64,000 nt of DNA from Betaproteobacteria bacterium (GTDB lineage: Bacteria > Pseudomonadota > Gammaproteobacteria > Burkholderiales > SG8-41), in contig CANKUB010000004.1 in assembly GCA_947486575.1 (NCBI GenBank), positions 22,304 to 86,303 on the forward strand, written 5' to 3'. How positions within the stretch are numbered: position 1 is the stretch's first letter; every line of letters begins with the position of its first letter. Position numbers and translations under genes: made by a program. Shown piece by piece: positions 18,796 through 30,601 of this stretch. Under the pieces are notes generated by a model that worked only from the letters and a program-made list of their open reading frames with translations, searched no databases and had not been told where the DNA came from.

Positions 18796-19842
18796 ATGAC
18801 GAAAAATATCACCTCACTTACGATCACCCGCCCCGACGATTGGCACCTGCATTTGCGCGATGGCGACTATCTGCGCGCGGTGTTGCCCGATACGGCAAAA
18901 CGGTTTGCGCGCGCCATCGTGATGCCCAATCTCAAACCGCCCGTAACAACGGTTGCGCGGGCGTTGGCTTATCGGCAACGCATTCTTGATGCGCTGCCAG
19001 CGCAGTTACGCTTTGAACCGCTGATGACGTTATACCTCACTGACAACACGCGGCCTGAAGAAATTATTCAATCAAAACAAATAGATAGTATTAAGGCTGT
19101 CAAGTATTACCCGGCCGGTGCGACCACTAACTCTGACGCGGGCGTGACCGATCTGGCGCGTTGTGCCGCCGTGCTCGAAGCGATGCAGGAAACGGGCTTG
19201 CCACTGCTGGTGCATGGCGAAGTGACGGACGCGGCGGTGGATATTTTTGATCGTGAGCGGGTGTTCCTGGAGCGTGAACTTGCGCCACTGATGGCGCGTT
19301 ATCCGCGCCTGAAAATTGTCGTCGAACATATCACCACGCGCGAGGCGGCGCAGTTTGTGATGGCTGCACCCGCAAATATCGCGGCGACGATTACGTCGCA
19401 TCACCTGTTACTCAATCGCAATGCGTTGTTTGCGGGCGGCATGCGGCCACACAATTATTGTTTGCCGGTGTTAAAGCGCGAGGTGCATCGTGAAGCACTG
19501 GTGGCGGCGGCAATCTCTGGCAATGCAAAGTTTTTTCTGGGCACTGACAGCGCGCCGCACGCGCGGCATACCAAAGAAGTGGATTGCGGTTGCGCGGGCT
19601 GCTATACGGCGCACGCGGGCATTGAGCTTTATGCTGAGGCGTTTGAGGCAGCGGGGGCGCTGCATAAATTGGAGGGTTTCGCCAGTCACTTCGGTGCGGA
19701 TTTTTATGGCCTGCCGCGCAACAGTGAGACCATCACGCTGGTAAAAGAAGCGTGGCGCGTGTCGATGGATGTGGCGTATGGGGATGACCGGCTGACGCCG
19801 TTTCGTGCGGGCGGCGAAATCAGTTGGACGTTGACGGTTTGA
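18796..19842 (+). CDS. pyrC: Dihydroorotase (homodimeric type)
   Basis: DDWHLHLRD metal-binding motif, [11 protein letters not shown] and FLGTDSAPH. Confidence 0.9.
   Translation: MTKNITSLTITRPDDWHLHLRDGDYLRAVLPDTAKRFARAIVMPNLKPPVTTVARALAYRQRILDALPAQLRFEPLMTLYLTDNTRPEEIIQSKQIDSIKAVKYYPAGATTNSDAGVTDLARCAAVLEAMQETGLPLLVHGEVTDAAVDIFDRERVFLERELAPLMARYPRLKIVVEHITTREAAQFVMAAPANIAATITSHHLLLNRNALFAGGMRPHNYCLPVLKREVHREALVAAAISGNAKFFLGTDSAPHARHTKEVDCGCAGCYTAHAGIELYAEAFEAAGALHKLEGFASHFGADFYGLPRNSETITLVKEAWRVSMDVAYGDDRLTPFRAGGEISWTLTV
19069..19088 (+). repeat. AT-rich dispersed motif copy, intragenic (pyrC)
   Basis: CAATCAAAACAAATAGATAG matches 17/20 and encodes …IQSKQIDS…. Confidence 0.6.
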
Positions 19843-19892
19843 TGCCGTAGATTTGTAGGTTGGCCAACCGTGGCTGCGTGCTACCATCGCCC

Positions 19893-20246
19893 GTGAAGTC
19901 AGCCAGACAGTCGCTGTGTACAGGTAATGCTGTGCATGGAGGAAAGTCCGGGCTCCATAGAGCAGGGTGGCGGGTAACACCCGTCCGTTATAAGCCGTGG
20001 GCGCAAGCCTGCGGTGAAGGCGAGGAATAGGGCCACAGAGACGAGTCCTGGCGCGCAAGCGTCAGGGGTGAAACGCGGCAACCTCCACCCGGAGCAACAT
20101 CAAATAGGCAAGCGTTGAGGTGGCTCGCTGAGCTTGCGGGTAGGTGGCTAGAGCCGTGGAGTAATTCACGGCCCAGAGGAATGGCTGTCAGGGTCTGCGT
20201 CATTGGGGCCCCATACAGAACCCGGCTTACCGGCTGACTTCACTTC
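19893..20246 (+). ncRNA. rnpB: RNase P RNA, bacterial type A
   Basis: The P1 stem pairs GTGAAGTCAGCC with GGCTGACTTCAC. Universal blocks GGAAAGTCCGGGCTCCATAG, CCACCCGGAGCAA and ACAGAACCCGGCTTA are present. Confidence 0.88.
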
Positions 20247-20292
20247 ACGCTAATTTCCGCGCGGGTGTCGGTTGCTCGTGCACCGCCGCGAT

Positions 20293-21264
20293 TCAATCCA
20301 GCTTCAGCCCCGTAGCCTTGATAACCTTCGCCCACTTCGTCACATCATCCCGAATGGTGCGGGCGAATTCATCGGGGGTGGTGGTGATCGGCTCAGCGCC
20401 CTGACTCGAAAAGCGCTCGGCGATCTCCGGATTTTTCATGGTTTTTGTAATTTCTGCGTGCAAACGATCGATGATTTCGCGCGGCGTGCCTGCGGGCGCG
20501 AGCACGCCGTACCAGGTGCTTACGGATGCCTCAGCCAGACCGCCTTCGCTGATGGTCTGCAACTGCGGCAGCGTGGGCAGTCGTTTGGTTCCGGTCGTCG
20601 CCACTGCGCGCAGCCTACCCGCCTGTATCTGCGCGAGCGCGGGCGGCAGGCCGGTGAATACAATATCCAACTGTCCGCCCATCAGATCGGTTAACGCTTC
20701 GGCGTTGCCTTTATACGGCACATGCACGAGCTTAATACCGGCAGCCAGATTGAGTAATTCACCCGCCATGTGATTGGTGGTGCCGATGCCCGGCGAACCG
20801 TAGTTGAGTTTGCCGGGGCGTGCTTTCGCTACCGCAACCAGCTCTTTTATATTACGCGCGGGCACGTTCGGATGCACCACCACGATCATCGGCCCGGTGG
20901 CGAGCGTGGTGATGGGCGCAAAGTCTTTCACCGGATCAAAGGGCTTGCGCGCATACAGGCTGGGGTTGACCGCCAACGGCCCCAACGCGCCGATCACCAG
21001 CGTATAGCCGTCCTTGCCCGACTTGGCCACTGATTCAAGACCAATCGCGCCGCCCGCGCCGGAGCGGTTTTCGACAATCACCGGCTGGCCCAGCGCTTCT
21101 GAAAGTTTGGGGGCAATCGTGCGCCCCATGATGTCAATGGTGCTGCCGGGCCCGAATGGCACAACGATGCGCACCGGCTTAGCGGGAAACGGTTGCGCGT
21201 GCGTCAAGTCGGCGAACCCTGCGGCGGCGGCTGCCGCGCACAGAAATTTGAGCGTGATGTTCAC
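20293..21264 (-). CDS. Bug/TctC-family periplasmic substrate-binding protein
   Basis: Signal peptide plus PAKPVRIVVPFGPGSTID block. Confidence 0.85.
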   Translation of the reverse strand: MNITLKFLCAAAAAAGFADLTHAQPFPAKPVRIVVPFGPGSTIDIMGRTIAPKLSEALGQPVIVENRSGAGGAIGLESVAKSGKDGYTLVIGALGPLAVNPSLYARKPFDPVKDFAPITTLATGPMIVVVHPNVPARNIKELVAVAKARPGKLNYGSPGIGTTNHMAGELLNLAAGIKLVHVPYKGNAEALTDLMGGQLDIVFTGLPPALAQIQAGRLRAVATTGTKRLPTLPQLQTISEGGLAEASVSTWYGVLAPAGTPREIIDRLHAEITKTMKNPEIAERFSSQGAEPITTTPDEFARTIRDDVTKWAKVIKATGLKLD

Positions 21265-21528
21265 GGTAATCCTTATGAGTTGCGGTGAGTGATTTTAAGG
21301 CCGCGGCACGGCATCGCCTGCCAAATCCTGCTAACAGGCGAGCAAGGATGGACAGGGTAACCAGGATATTTCGACAAAATCCGGCGAGCGCACACTAAAT
21401 CCTGCTGGTTTTGTGCCGCGAAACTTTCGCGCGTCGAATTTTATGTTGCAGTACCGCAACGTACCGCAATTCCCCATGTTTTCGTACGCTCAGCGTACAT
21501 ACTTAAAGCGTTACTTTTGGAAATATTT

Positions 21529-21548
21529 GTAACTTATTGTTTTTATTG
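21529..21548 (-). repeat. AT-rich dispersed motif copy
   Basis: The reverse complement CAATAAAAACAATAAGTTAC matches 18/20. It lies in the dcw upstream region, about 270 nt before mraZ. Confidence 0.8.
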
Positions 21549-21662
21549 TATTTAATTTTTCTGAAACAAGCTTGTTTTAGGCTTCATTTTTGCACTTAAG
21601 TCATTGTCAACAAAAAGAAAATCCCTATTTTTGAGGGCTTGTAAAAATGTACCTTCCCCAAG

Positions 21663-21687
21663 GTGGTAAATAGTGGTAAAAAGTGGG
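21663..21687 (+). promoter_or_regulatory. Putative MraZ operator: three direct GTGG(T/G) repeats at 10-bp spacing
   Basis: The sequence GTGGTaaataGTGGTaaaaaGTGGG lies about 115 nt upstream of mraZ. It matches the known arrangement of MraZ-binding direct repeats in dcw promoters. Confidence 0.6.
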
Positions 21688-21799
21688 AAACACCGCTGGA
21701 AATCGCTTAGTTGCAGTACCGGGGCGGCGTTTGTGAGTGAGTACACACATAAGCGGCATAAACGGTTATTTGCGCGGTCAAATCAGTTCGGGGAATTCA

Positions 21800-22242
21800 G
21801 TGTTTCGCGGTATTTCGCCACTTACGCTTGACACCAAAGGCAGGCTCGCAGTTCCGTCGCGGCATCGCGATGCGCTGCTGGAGCGTTGCGGCGGGCATCT
21901 GGTCATCACGGCCGATGCGGATCGCTGCCTGCTGGTATATCCGCTGCCTGAGTGGGAAGTCATTCAGCAAAAACTCGAAGGTTTGTCCAATCTGGATCCG
22001 CGCGTGCGTGAGCTGCAGCGGCGGCTGATCGGATTTGCCGTGGATACGGAAATGGACACCGCAGGCCGTTTGCTGGTTGCGCCTGCGTTGCGCAAATACG
22101 CAGAACTGGAAACCAAAGTGGCGTTGGTGGGCCAGGGCAAAAAATTTGAACTGTGGAATCAGGAGCATTGGGATGGCCGCATGCAGGCGCCCGGTGGCCT
22201 CACACCTGATGGATTGCCAGCGGAGCTGGAGGGATTCTCTTT

Positions 22243-22246
<4 letters not shown>
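21800..22246 (+). CDS. mraZ: Transcriptional regulator MraZ
   Basis: Two halves with [10 protein letters not shown] and [11 protein letters not shown] motifs. GTG start at 21800 after a GGGGAA RBS. Confidence 0.9.
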
Positions 22247-23198
<952 letters not shown>

Positions 23199-23202
<4 letters not shown>

Positions 23203-23480
23203 TCACCCGGATTAATCTCGTGTTGCTGCTGGTGCTAATTTTGTGCGCGCTGGCGGTGGTCACATCGCAGCACCGTTCGCGCAAGTTGTATGTGGAACTG
23301 CAGCAGGAACAGGAGCAGGAAAAGCGCTATGAATTGGCGTGGAATCAGTTGCAACTGGAGCAGGGCGCATGGTCCATTCATGCCCGCGTCGAACAGATAG
23401 CAACCCAGCAGTTGCGCATGCGCGCACCCTCTGCGGCGCGCACGCAGGTCGTGCCACACACCACGGAAGCGGCGCGATGA
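23199..23480 (+). CDS. ftsL: Cell division protein FtsL
   Basis: Small bitopic protein with one TM helix and a coiled coil, located between rsmH and ftsI. Confidence 0.8.
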
Positions 23481-25231
23481 ATACGACAGCGCTTAACGCC
23501 GCCACGCGGTCCCCGCGATCACAATTGACGCCGCGTCTAACCGGCTGGCGCTCATGGCTGGTGTTAAGCAGTTTGCTGCTGTGTTTTGGCGTGCTGATCG
23601 CGCGCGCAGTGTATTTGCAGGGCCTGAATAACGCGTTTCTGCAGGCCAAGGGGGAAGCACGCTACACGCGCTCGATGGATATCACCGCCACGCGCGGCGT
23701 AATCGTCGACCGCAACAATGATTTGCTGGCGATCTCCACCCCGGTGGAGTCCGTTGCGGCAAGTCCGGCGGCCACCATCGACATCACTGAAGATCAGCAG
23801 CGCAAACTGGCCAAACTGCTGCAAATGGATGTGGCCGAGGTGCAACGCAAACTCGAAGATACGCAGCGCGAATTCGTCTATCTCAAGCGGCAATTGCCGC
23901 CGGAGCAGGCAGCCAAGGTGGTCGAGCTGAATATTCCGGGTGTGTTTTTACGGCGTGAATTCCGCCGTTTTTACCCTGCGGCAGAAGAGCTGGCGCATGT
24001 CATCGGCTTCACCAATATCGATGATGAGGGGCAAGAGGCGCTGGAACTCGCGTTCGATGGCCGGCTGCGCGGAGAGGCGGGTGCGCGGCGTGTGCTGAAA
24101 GACCGCAAAGGTCGTATCGTTGAAGACATCGACGACATTCAGCCGCCACAGCATGGTGAGCGCATCACACTTACCATCGATGCCAAAATTCAGCATCTGG
24201 CATTTCGTGAACTAAAAAAAGCGATGGCCGATCATCGTGCCAAAGCGGGCGGCATCGTGGTGCTCGATGCGGTCACGGGCGAAGTGCTGGCAATGGCGAA
24301 TTTCCCCACGTATAACCCGAACCAGCGCGGCGCGGTTGAGCCTGCGCGCATGCGCAATCGCACGGTCACCGATTTGTTTGAACCCGGTTCTACGTTGAAG
24401 CCGTTTACTGTCGCCACCGCGCTCGAGCTGGGCGTGGTGACGCCCGCCACGATTATCGATACTGCTGCCGGGCAACTGACCATCGGCAAAGCCACCATAC
24501 ACGATGCGCATCCGTCGGGCGCGTTGACGGTGGCGCAAGTGATTCAAAAATCCTCCAACGTCGGCAGCGCCAAACTCGCCTTGCGTTTGCCGCCGGAAAA
24601 AATGTGGAATGTATTCAACGCAGTGGGCTTTGGCACGCAACCGCAAAGCGGCTTTCCCGGCGAAGTATCGGGGCGCCTGCGTGCGCACGCCAACTGGAAG
24701 CCGATTGAGCAGGCCACCATGTCGTACGGCCATGGCATATCAGTGTCTCTGCTGCAATTGGCACGGGCGTACACCATCTTCGCAGGCGACGGTGAACTGA
24801 AGTCCCCCACGCTGATCAAACAAGACGGCGCGCCAGACGCCAGGCGCGTGATTTCCAAAGAAACGGCCGAGGCGGTGCGCAAAATGCTCGAAATGGCGGT
24901 GCAGTCCGGCGGCACGGCGCCGCGCGCACAGGTGGCGGGCTACCGTGTTGCGGGCAAAACCGGTACTGCACACAAGCTCGAAGGGCGAGGCTACGCGGCC
25001 AACCGCTATATATCGTCGTTCGTGGGATTCGCGCCGGTATCGAATCCGCGCATCGTGGTGGCGGTGATGGTGGATGAACCCACTGCGGGTCAGTACTACG
25101 GCGGTGCGGTGGCGGCACCGGTATTCAGCGAAGTGGTGGGCGGCGCGCTGCGCCTACTGGGCGTGGCACCCGATGCGCCGGTGGAAAAAATCGTGTTGCC
25201 ACCCGCGCCGGAGATCAAGGAAGAAGTGTGA
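23477..25231 (+). CDS. ftsI: Peptidoglycan D,D-transpeptidase FtsI (PBP3)
   Basis: STLKP (SxxK), SSN and KTGT motifs. The ATG at 23477 overlaps the ftsL stop (ATGA). Confidence 0.92.
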   Translation: MNTTALNAATRSPRSQLTPRLTGWRSWLVLSSLLLCFGVLIARAVYLQGLNNAFLQAKGEARYTRSMDITATRGVIVDRNNDLLAISTPVESVAASPAATIDITEDQQRKLAKLLQMDVAEVQRKLEDTQREFVYLKRQLPPEQAAKVVELNIPGVFLRREFRRFYPAAEELAHVIGFTNIDDEGQEALELAFDGRLRGEAGARRVLKDRKGRIVEDIDDIQPPQHGERITLTIDAKIQHLAFRELKKAMADHRAKAGGIVVLDAVTGEVLAMANFPTYNPNQRGAVEPARMRNRTVTDLFEPGSTLKPFTVATALELGVVTPATIIDTAAGQLTIGKATIHDAHPSGALTVAQVIQKSSNVGSAKLALRLPPEKMWNVFNAVGFGTQPQSGFPGEVSGRLRAHANWKPIEQATMSYGHGISVSLLQLARAYTIFAGDGELKSPTLIKQDGAPDARRVISKETAEAVRKMLEMAVQSGGTAPRAQVAGYRVAGKTGTAHKLEGRGYAANRYISSFVGFAPVSNPRIVVAVMVDEPTAGQYYGGAVAAPVFSEVVGGALRLLGVAPDAPVEKIVLPPAPEIKEEV

Positions 25232-25237
25232 GCAGTC

Positions 25238-26767
25238 GTGCGGTGTGAGGAGTCAGGCGTGAGGCGTGAGAGTACTGAACCGATTGATTGGCTTGCCATC
25301 GACGCGCTGAAAATTCAGCGTTTGACGAGCGACAGCCGTACGCTGCGCGCGGGCGATACCTTTGTGGCGTACGCCGGTGAAAGCCGCGACGGGCGTGATT
25401 TTATTGCGTCGGCGATTGCTGCAGGTGCCTCCAGCGTGCTGTGGGAATCTGCTGATTTTAAGTGGAAAAATTCCTGGCGCGATTCGCGGCACGTGCGCCA
25501 TTTGGGATTACGCGGATTGCGCCACAAGATTGGCCGTATCGCGAGCCACGTGTATGGGCGGCCGAGTTCGCGGATGTGGGCCGTGGGCGTGACGGGTACC
25601 AATGGCAAGACCTCCTGCACGCAGTGGATCGCACAGGCATTGAATGGCAGCGCACGACGTTGCGTGATGGCAGGTACTCTGGGCAATGGCTACCCGGACT
25701 CCCTCGAAGCAGGCATTAATACCACCCCCGACGCCGCGTGGCTGCATGGCAAACTCAACGATTGGTATCGCGATGGCGCGCGCGCAGTGGCCATGGAGGT
25801 GTCATCACACGGCCTTGAACAAGGGCGCGTGGCGGGCGTGGAATTTGATGTGGCGATGTTTACCAATCTGACCCGCGACCATCTGGATTATCACGGCACG
25901 ATGGCGAACTACCGCCGCGCCAAAGCAAAATTGTTTGCGTGGGAAACGCTGAAGTGGTCGGTGTTCAATCTCGACGATCGCTTCGGTCGCGTACTGGCGG
26001 GTCAGCCGCCTGTGGCAAGCGTGCTGGGCTATGGTTTTGAACCACGCGCGACGCGTCTGGTGCGCACGCAGGGACGGCAATTAGCCTGCCTCGAAGGTCG
26101 CAATCTGCGGCTGGGTCTGGATGGCATACGCTTTGACGCAGCCACGCCGTGGGGACTGGTGCGCGTGAAAAGTGCTGCGCTGGGGCGGTTCAATGCTTCA
26201 AACCTGCTTGGCACGCTGGCCGTGTTGCTGGCTAGTGATGTCAGCGTAGCGGATGCCGAACGCGCGCTGGTTGCGCTTAAACCCGTGCCGGGGCGCGCGC
26301 AATGTTTTGGTGGCGGACTGCGTCCGCTGGTAGTGGTGGACTATGCGCATACCCCCGATGCGTTGGAAAAAATGCTGCTGACGCTAGGCGAAATTCGCAA
26401 TCGCTCAAAGCAGGCCAGGCTCATCTGTGTTTTCGGTTGTGGCGGAGATCGTGATCGTGGCAAGCGCGCCATCATGGGCCGGATTGCGTCGCGTTATGCA
26501 GACCAGGTTATCGTCACCAGCGATAATCCGCGCAGCGAAAATCCCCTGGCGATTATCGCGGATATCCTCGACGGCGCAGTGCGCAAGTGCAAGGTTATCG
26601 AATCGCGGCCGCGTGCGGTGGATGAGGCCATCAGGCACGCGCGGCGCGGCGATATCGTGCTGGTCGCAGGTAAAGGCCACGAGGCGTATCAGGAAATCAA
26701 AGGCGTGCGTCATGCCTACAGCGACGCTGCTGCCGTTGCAGCGGCACTCACGAGGTACCGCGCATGA
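25238..26767 (+). CDS. murE: UDP-N-acetylmuramoyl-L-alanyl-D-glutamate--2,6-diaminopimelate ligase
   Basis: GVTGTNGKTS P-loop and DNPR motif. GTG start at 25238, with an alternative GTG at 25259. Confidence 0.9.
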   Translation: MRCEESGVRRESTEPIDWLAIDALKIQRLTSDSRTLRAGDTFVAYAGESRDGRDFIASAIAAGASSVLWESADFKWKNSWRDSRHVRHLGLRGLRHKIGRIASHVYGRPSSRMWAVGVTGTNGKTSCTQWIAQALNGSARRCVMAGTLGNGYPDSLEAGINTTPDAAWLHGKLNDWYRDGARAVAMEVSSHGLEQGRVAGVEFDVAMFTNLTRDHLDYHGTMANYRRAKAKLFAWETLKWSVFNLDDRFGRVLAGQPPVASVLGYGFEPRATRLVRTQGRQLACLEGRNLRLGLDGIRFDAATPWGLVRVKSAALGRFNASNLLGTLAVLLASDVSVADAERALVALKPVPGRAQCFGGGLRPLVVVDYAHTPDALEKMLLTLGEIRNRSKQARLICVFGCGGDRDRGKRAIMGRIASRYADQVIVTSDNPRSENPLAIIADILDGAVRKCKVIESRPRAVDEAIRHARRGDIVLVAGKGHEAYQEIKGVRHAYSDAAAVAAALTRYRA

Positions 26768-28146
26768 TGCGCGTATCCGAAGCCGCGTTTGCCCTTGGTG
26801 TTGATCATCGCGGCGATAACCCGACGTTCACATCGGTCGGCACGGATAGCCGCAACGTCAAACCCGGTGAACTGTTTATCGCCCTGCGCGGCGAACATTT
26901 TGACGCGCATCAACATATTGCAGCGGCGCGGGCCGCTGGCGCCATAGCGGCAATAGCCGATGTGGCAGGCGCACCCCTTGCACCAGCCGATATGCCGCTC
27001 ATCACCGTAAACAATACGCGCAGCGCACTCACGCAACTGGCGTATGCGTGGCGCAGCCGCTTCAGCATGCCGCTGGTGGCGCTCACTGGTAGCAGCGGCA
27101 AAACGACCGTGAAGGAAATGCTGGCCGCTATTTTGCGTGAGCACGTGGGCGATGCGGTGCTCGCCACACGCGGCAATCTGAATAACGAAATCGGTGTGCC
27201 ATTGATGTTGCTGGAACTCAACGCATCGCATCGTTATGCAGTGATTGAGCTCGGCATGAATCACAGCGGTGAAATCAGCCGGCTCACGCAATTGGCGTGT
27301 CCGAATGTGGCGCTGATTAACAACGCGGGCCGCGCGCACATTGAGTATCTGGGTAGCGAGGACGCTATCGCGCGCGCCAAGGGCGAAATTTTCGAAGGAC
27401 TGTCGAGCCAGGGCGTTGCCGTGATCAATGCGGATGATGCGCACGCTACGCTATGGCAGAAATTAGTCAATAAAAACAAATGCTTACGGTTTGGCATTGA
27501 ACAACCCGCAGACATCAGCGCGCGTTACACACTAAGTGCGACTGCGACTGCGAGTGAGATGATGATCACTGCACCCACCGGCTCGGTCAACGTCACGCTT
27601 AACGCGCCGGGTTTGCACAATGTGCGTAACGCGCTGGCGGCGTGCGCGGCAGCAGTGGCGCTGAACGTACCTATAGCCGTAATCCAATCGGGCTTGTCGC
27701 GTTACAGCGGATTCAAAGGCCGTTTGCAACGCAAAGCCGCGCCGGGTGGCGCGACCATCATTGACGACACCTACAACGCCAATCCGGAATCGGTACGTGC
27801 GGCGATAGACGTGTTGGCGCACGTGCCGGGCAAACGGTTACTGGTGCTGGGCGATATGGGTGAACTGGGCGAGCGTGCGGCTGCCTGCCACACCGAGATC
27901 GGTGCCTACGCACGTCAGGTGCGTATCGAAAAGCTGTATGCGCTGGGCGAAATGTCCGCACTGACTGCGGTGGCGTTCGGCGCAGGCGCGCGCCATTTTG
28001 AGAGTATCGAAGCCCTGCAAGCGGCATTGAAGGCGGAACTCGCGCCCGACGTTACGGCACTGGTGAAGGGTTCGCGCTTCATGAAAATGGAGCGTGTTGT
28101 GGAGGCTTTGATCGCCGGTGCAAAGGAGGATTACGTATGCTCCTAG
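26764..28146 (+). CDS. murF: UDP-N-acetylmuramoyl-tripeptide--D-alanyl-D-alanine ligase
   Basis: [14 protein letters not shown]-loop and position in the dcw cluster. Confidence 0.92.
   Translation: MMRVSEAAFALGVDHRGDNPTFTSVGTDSRNVKPGELFIALRGEHFDAHQHIAAARAAGAIAAIADVAGAPLAPADMPLITVNNTRSALTQLAYAWRSRFSMPLVALTGSSGKTTVKEMLAAILREHVGDAVLATRGNLNNEIGVPLMLLELNASHRYAVIELGMNHSGEISRLTQLACPNVALINNAGRAHIEYLGSEDAIARAKGEIFEGLSSQGVAVINADDAHATLWQKLVNKNKCLRFGIEQPADISARYTLSATATASEMMITAPTGSVNVTLNAPGLHNVRNALAACAAAVALNVPIAVIQSGLSRYSGFKGRLQRKAAPGGATIIDDTYNANPESVRAAIDVLAHVPGKRLLVLGDMGELGERAAACHTEIGAYARQVRIEKLYALGEMSALTAVAFGAGARHFESIEALQAALKAELAPDVTALVKGSRFMKMERVVEALIAGAKEDYVCS
27468..27487 (+). repeat. AT-rich dispersed motif copy, intragenic (murF)
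   Basis: CAATAAAAACAAATGCTTAC matches 18/20 and encodes …[10 protein letters not shown]…. Confidence 0.85.
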
Positions 28147-29222
28147 ACCTCGCACAATGGCTGGCGAAAGACATACGTTCGTTCAACGTGTTTAACTACA
28201 TCACGTTACGTGCAGTGCTGGCGTGCCTGACTTCGCTGGTCATTTCGTTCATGATCGGCCCGGCGATGATCCGCAAGTTGACTGCCTACAAAATCGGTCA
28301 GTCAGTGCGCGACGACGGTCCGCAAACACACCTAGTGAAAGCCGGCACGCCGACGATGGGTGGTGCGCTGATACTGGTGTCGATCGCGGTGACGACCTTG
28401 CTGTGGGCCGATCTGCAAAACCGCTTTGTGTGGACAGTGCTGCTGGTGACGCTGGGTTTCGGCGCTGTGGGCTGGGTGGACGATTACCGCAAAGTGGTGC
28501 ATCGCAATCCCAAGGGCCTGTCGGCGCGCGCCAAGTTTTTCTGGCAATCGGTGGTCGGTTTGGCTGCGGCGCTTTACATCGCGTATTCCAGCAATTTGCC
28601 CGCGCAAACGCTGCTGATCGTGCCGTTTTTCAAAACCATTGCTTACCCCTTGGGCATCGTGGGCTTTGTGGTGATGACCTACTGTGTGATCGTCGGCACC
28701 AGCAACGCAGTAAATTTGACTGACGGACTCGACGGTTTGGCCACCATGCCGCTGGTGATGGTGTGCAGTGCGCTGGGCGTGTTTGCCTATGTGGCAGGTA
28801 ACGCGATCTTTGCCAGGTATCTGGGCTTTCCGTTCATACCCGGTGCAGGCGAACTGCTGGTGATTTGCGCCGCCATTGCGGGATCGGGCCTCGCTTTCCT
28901 GTGGTTCAACGCCTATCCCGCAGAAGTATTCATGGGCGATGTGGGCGCGCTGGCACTCGGCGCGGCACTTGGCGTGATCGCCGTTATTGTGCGCCAGGAA
29001 ATCGTGCTGTTCATCATGGGCGGCGTGTTCGTGATGGAAACGCTGTCGGTGATTATCCAGGTAGCCTCGTTCAAGATGACAGGCAAACGGGTGTTTCGCA
29101 TGGCGCCGCTGCATCATCACTACGAACTCAAAGGCTGGAAAGAGAATCAGGTGGTGGTGCGTTTCTGGATTATCACCATGATGCTGGTGCTTGTCGGGCT
29201 GTCAACTTTAAAGTTGCGTTGA
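28137..29222 (+). CDS. mraY: Phospho-N-acetylmuramoyl-pentapeptide transferase
   Basis: Polytopic protein with an [13 protein letters not shown] motif. Confidence 0.95.
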   Translation: MLLDLAQWLAKDIRSFNVFNYITLRAVLACLTSLVISFMIGPAMIRKLTAYKIGQSVRDDGPQTHLVKAGTPTMGGALILVSIAVTTLLWADLQNRFVWTVLLVTLGFGAVGWVDDYRKVVHRNPKGLSARAKFFWQSVVGLAAALYIAYSSNLPAQTLLIVPFFKTIAYPLGIVGFVVMTYCVIVGTSNAVNLTDGLDGLATMPLVMVCSALGVFAYVAGNAIFARYLGFPFIPGAGELLVICAAIAGSGLAFLWFNAYPAEVFMGDVGALALGAALGVIAVIVRQEIVLFIMGGVFVMETLSVIIQVASFKMTGKRVFRMAPLHHHYELKGWKENQVVVRFWIITMMLVLVGLSTLKLR

Positions 29223-30601
29223 TGCTGTTGAAAGGAAAGAAGGTTCTGGTGCTCGGTCTCGGTGATACAGGTTTGTCGATGACGCGCTGGCTGGCGCGGC
29301 AGGGCGCTGTTGTCTCTGCGGCCGACACACGGGATACGCCGCCACACGCGCCGCTGCTTGCGCGCGAATTGCCCGATGTGCGCGTGAGCGCAGGCGCATT
29401 CAGGCGTGATGATTTTGCGCACATTGACATGATTGCGGTCAGCCCCGGCGTTGACCCCCGCGTGGGCGAGTTGGCGGCGGCGCTCAAACGTGGCGTGCCG
29501 GTAGTGGGCGATGTAGAGTTATTCGCGAAGGCTTTGCAAGTAGGCAATGCCACGCCGGAGGTGATTGCCATTACCGGCTCCAATGGCAAAAGCACTGTCA
29601 CCGCGATGTGCGGTGCAATGTGCGTAGCCGCTGGGCGCGACACTGTGATGGCAGGCAACATCGGGCTGCCAGTGCTGGATGTGTTGACAGAAATTGAAGA
29701 CGGCACGCGCGTGATGCCCGATACCTTTGTGCTGGAGCTATCGAGTTTTCAGCTTGAAACCACGGTGAGTCTCGCGCCGGTTGCCGCAACCATGCTGAAT
29801 TTAAGTGAAGATCATCTTGATCGTTACGACAGCTACGCGGACTACGGTGCAACCAAGGCACGCATTTTTGATGGCGGTGGTGTGCAGGTGTTGAATCGTG
29901 ATGATGAACATAGCCTCGCTATGTGGCGTGCGAGGCGACGGATGACGACGTTTGGTTTGTCTGCACCGTTATCCCGTGATGAATGGGGACTGTCAGGCGT
30001 GCAGGACACCTTGTCGCTGGCGCAGGGCGAAGCCACGTTGATGCGTGTGGCCGAGTTGCCGCTGGCAGGGCTGCACAATGCCGTCAACGCGCTGGCTGCC
30101 GCCGCGCTGTGCAATGCAGCGGGCGTTCCGCACACGGCGATTACAGGCGCGCTGCGCGCCTTTAAAGGACTGCCGCATCGCGTAGAAAATATCAATAAAA
30201 TCAATAACATAACATTTTTTGATGATTCCAAGGGCACCAACGTCGGGGCAACGGTTGCAGCATTGCGCGGGATGCAGCAACCGGTGGTGCTGATCGCGGG
30301 TGGTGATGGCAAAGGGCAGGATTTTGCGCCGTTGGCAGCCGTGGCGGCGCGCGCACGTGCCGTGGTGTTGATCGGACGCGACGCGAATTTGATCGCGCGT
30401 GCGATTGAAGCCACTGGCGTAACGCTGCTGCGTGCGGGCGATATGTTTGATGCGGTAGACGTGGCGTATCGCGCAGCCAGGCCGGGCGATGCCGTGCTGT
30501 TGTCGCCGGCCTGCGCCAGCTACGACATGTTCCGCAGTTATGTGCATCGCGCCGAAGTATTTGTCGAAGCGGTGTCGCAACTCGCGCGGCGGGTGTCCTG
30601 A
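29222..30601 (+). CDS. murD: UDP-N-acetylmuramoylalanine--D-glutamate ligase
   Basis: The ATG at 29222 overlaps the mraY stop (TGATG). [11 protein letters not shown]-loop and DDSKGTN motif. The longer ORF-track start was rejected. Confidence 0.92.
   Translation: MLLKGKKVLVLGLGDTGLSMTRWLARQGAVVSAADTRDTPPHAPLLARELPDVRVSAGAFRRDDFAHIDMIAVSPGVDPRVGELAAALKRGVPVVGDVELFAKALQVGNATPEVIAITGSNGKSTVTAMCGAMCVAAGRDTVMAGNIGLPVLDVLTEIEDGTRVMPDTFVLELSSFQLETTVSLAPVAATMLNLSEDHLDRYDSYADYGATKARIFDGGGVQVLNRDDEHSLAMWRARRRMTTFGLSAPLSRDEWGLSGVQDTLSLAQGEATLMRVAELPLAGLHNAVNALAAAALCNAAGVPHTAITGALRAFKGLPHRVENINKINNITFFDDSKGTNVGATVAALRGMQQPVVLIAGGDGKGQDFAPLAAVAARARAVVLIGRDANLIARAIEATGVTLLRAGDMFDAVDVAYRAARPGDAVLLSPACASYDMFRSYVHRAEVFVEAVSQLARRVS
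30193..30213 (+). repeat. AT-rich dispersed motif copy (degenerate), intragenic (murD)
   Basis: CAATAAAATCAATAACATAAC is preceded by AAAATAT and encodes …[12 protein letters not shown]…. Confidence 0.5.

Noticed and set aside
19471-20203. ORFs 19471-20058(-), 19899-20081(-) and 19988-20203(-).
   Set aside because: They overlap the pyrC 3' end and the RNase P RNA gene. The RNA assignment explains the conservation-like signal.
21445-21721. The 12-mer GTTGCAGTACCG repeated at 21445 and 21710. Similarly GTGGTCAACATG at 49142 and 61032, and GCTTCATGTAGTT at 40547 and 57942.
   Set aside because: Exact 12-13-mer pairs are expected by chance tens of times in a 64-kb window. No further similarity extends into the flanks.
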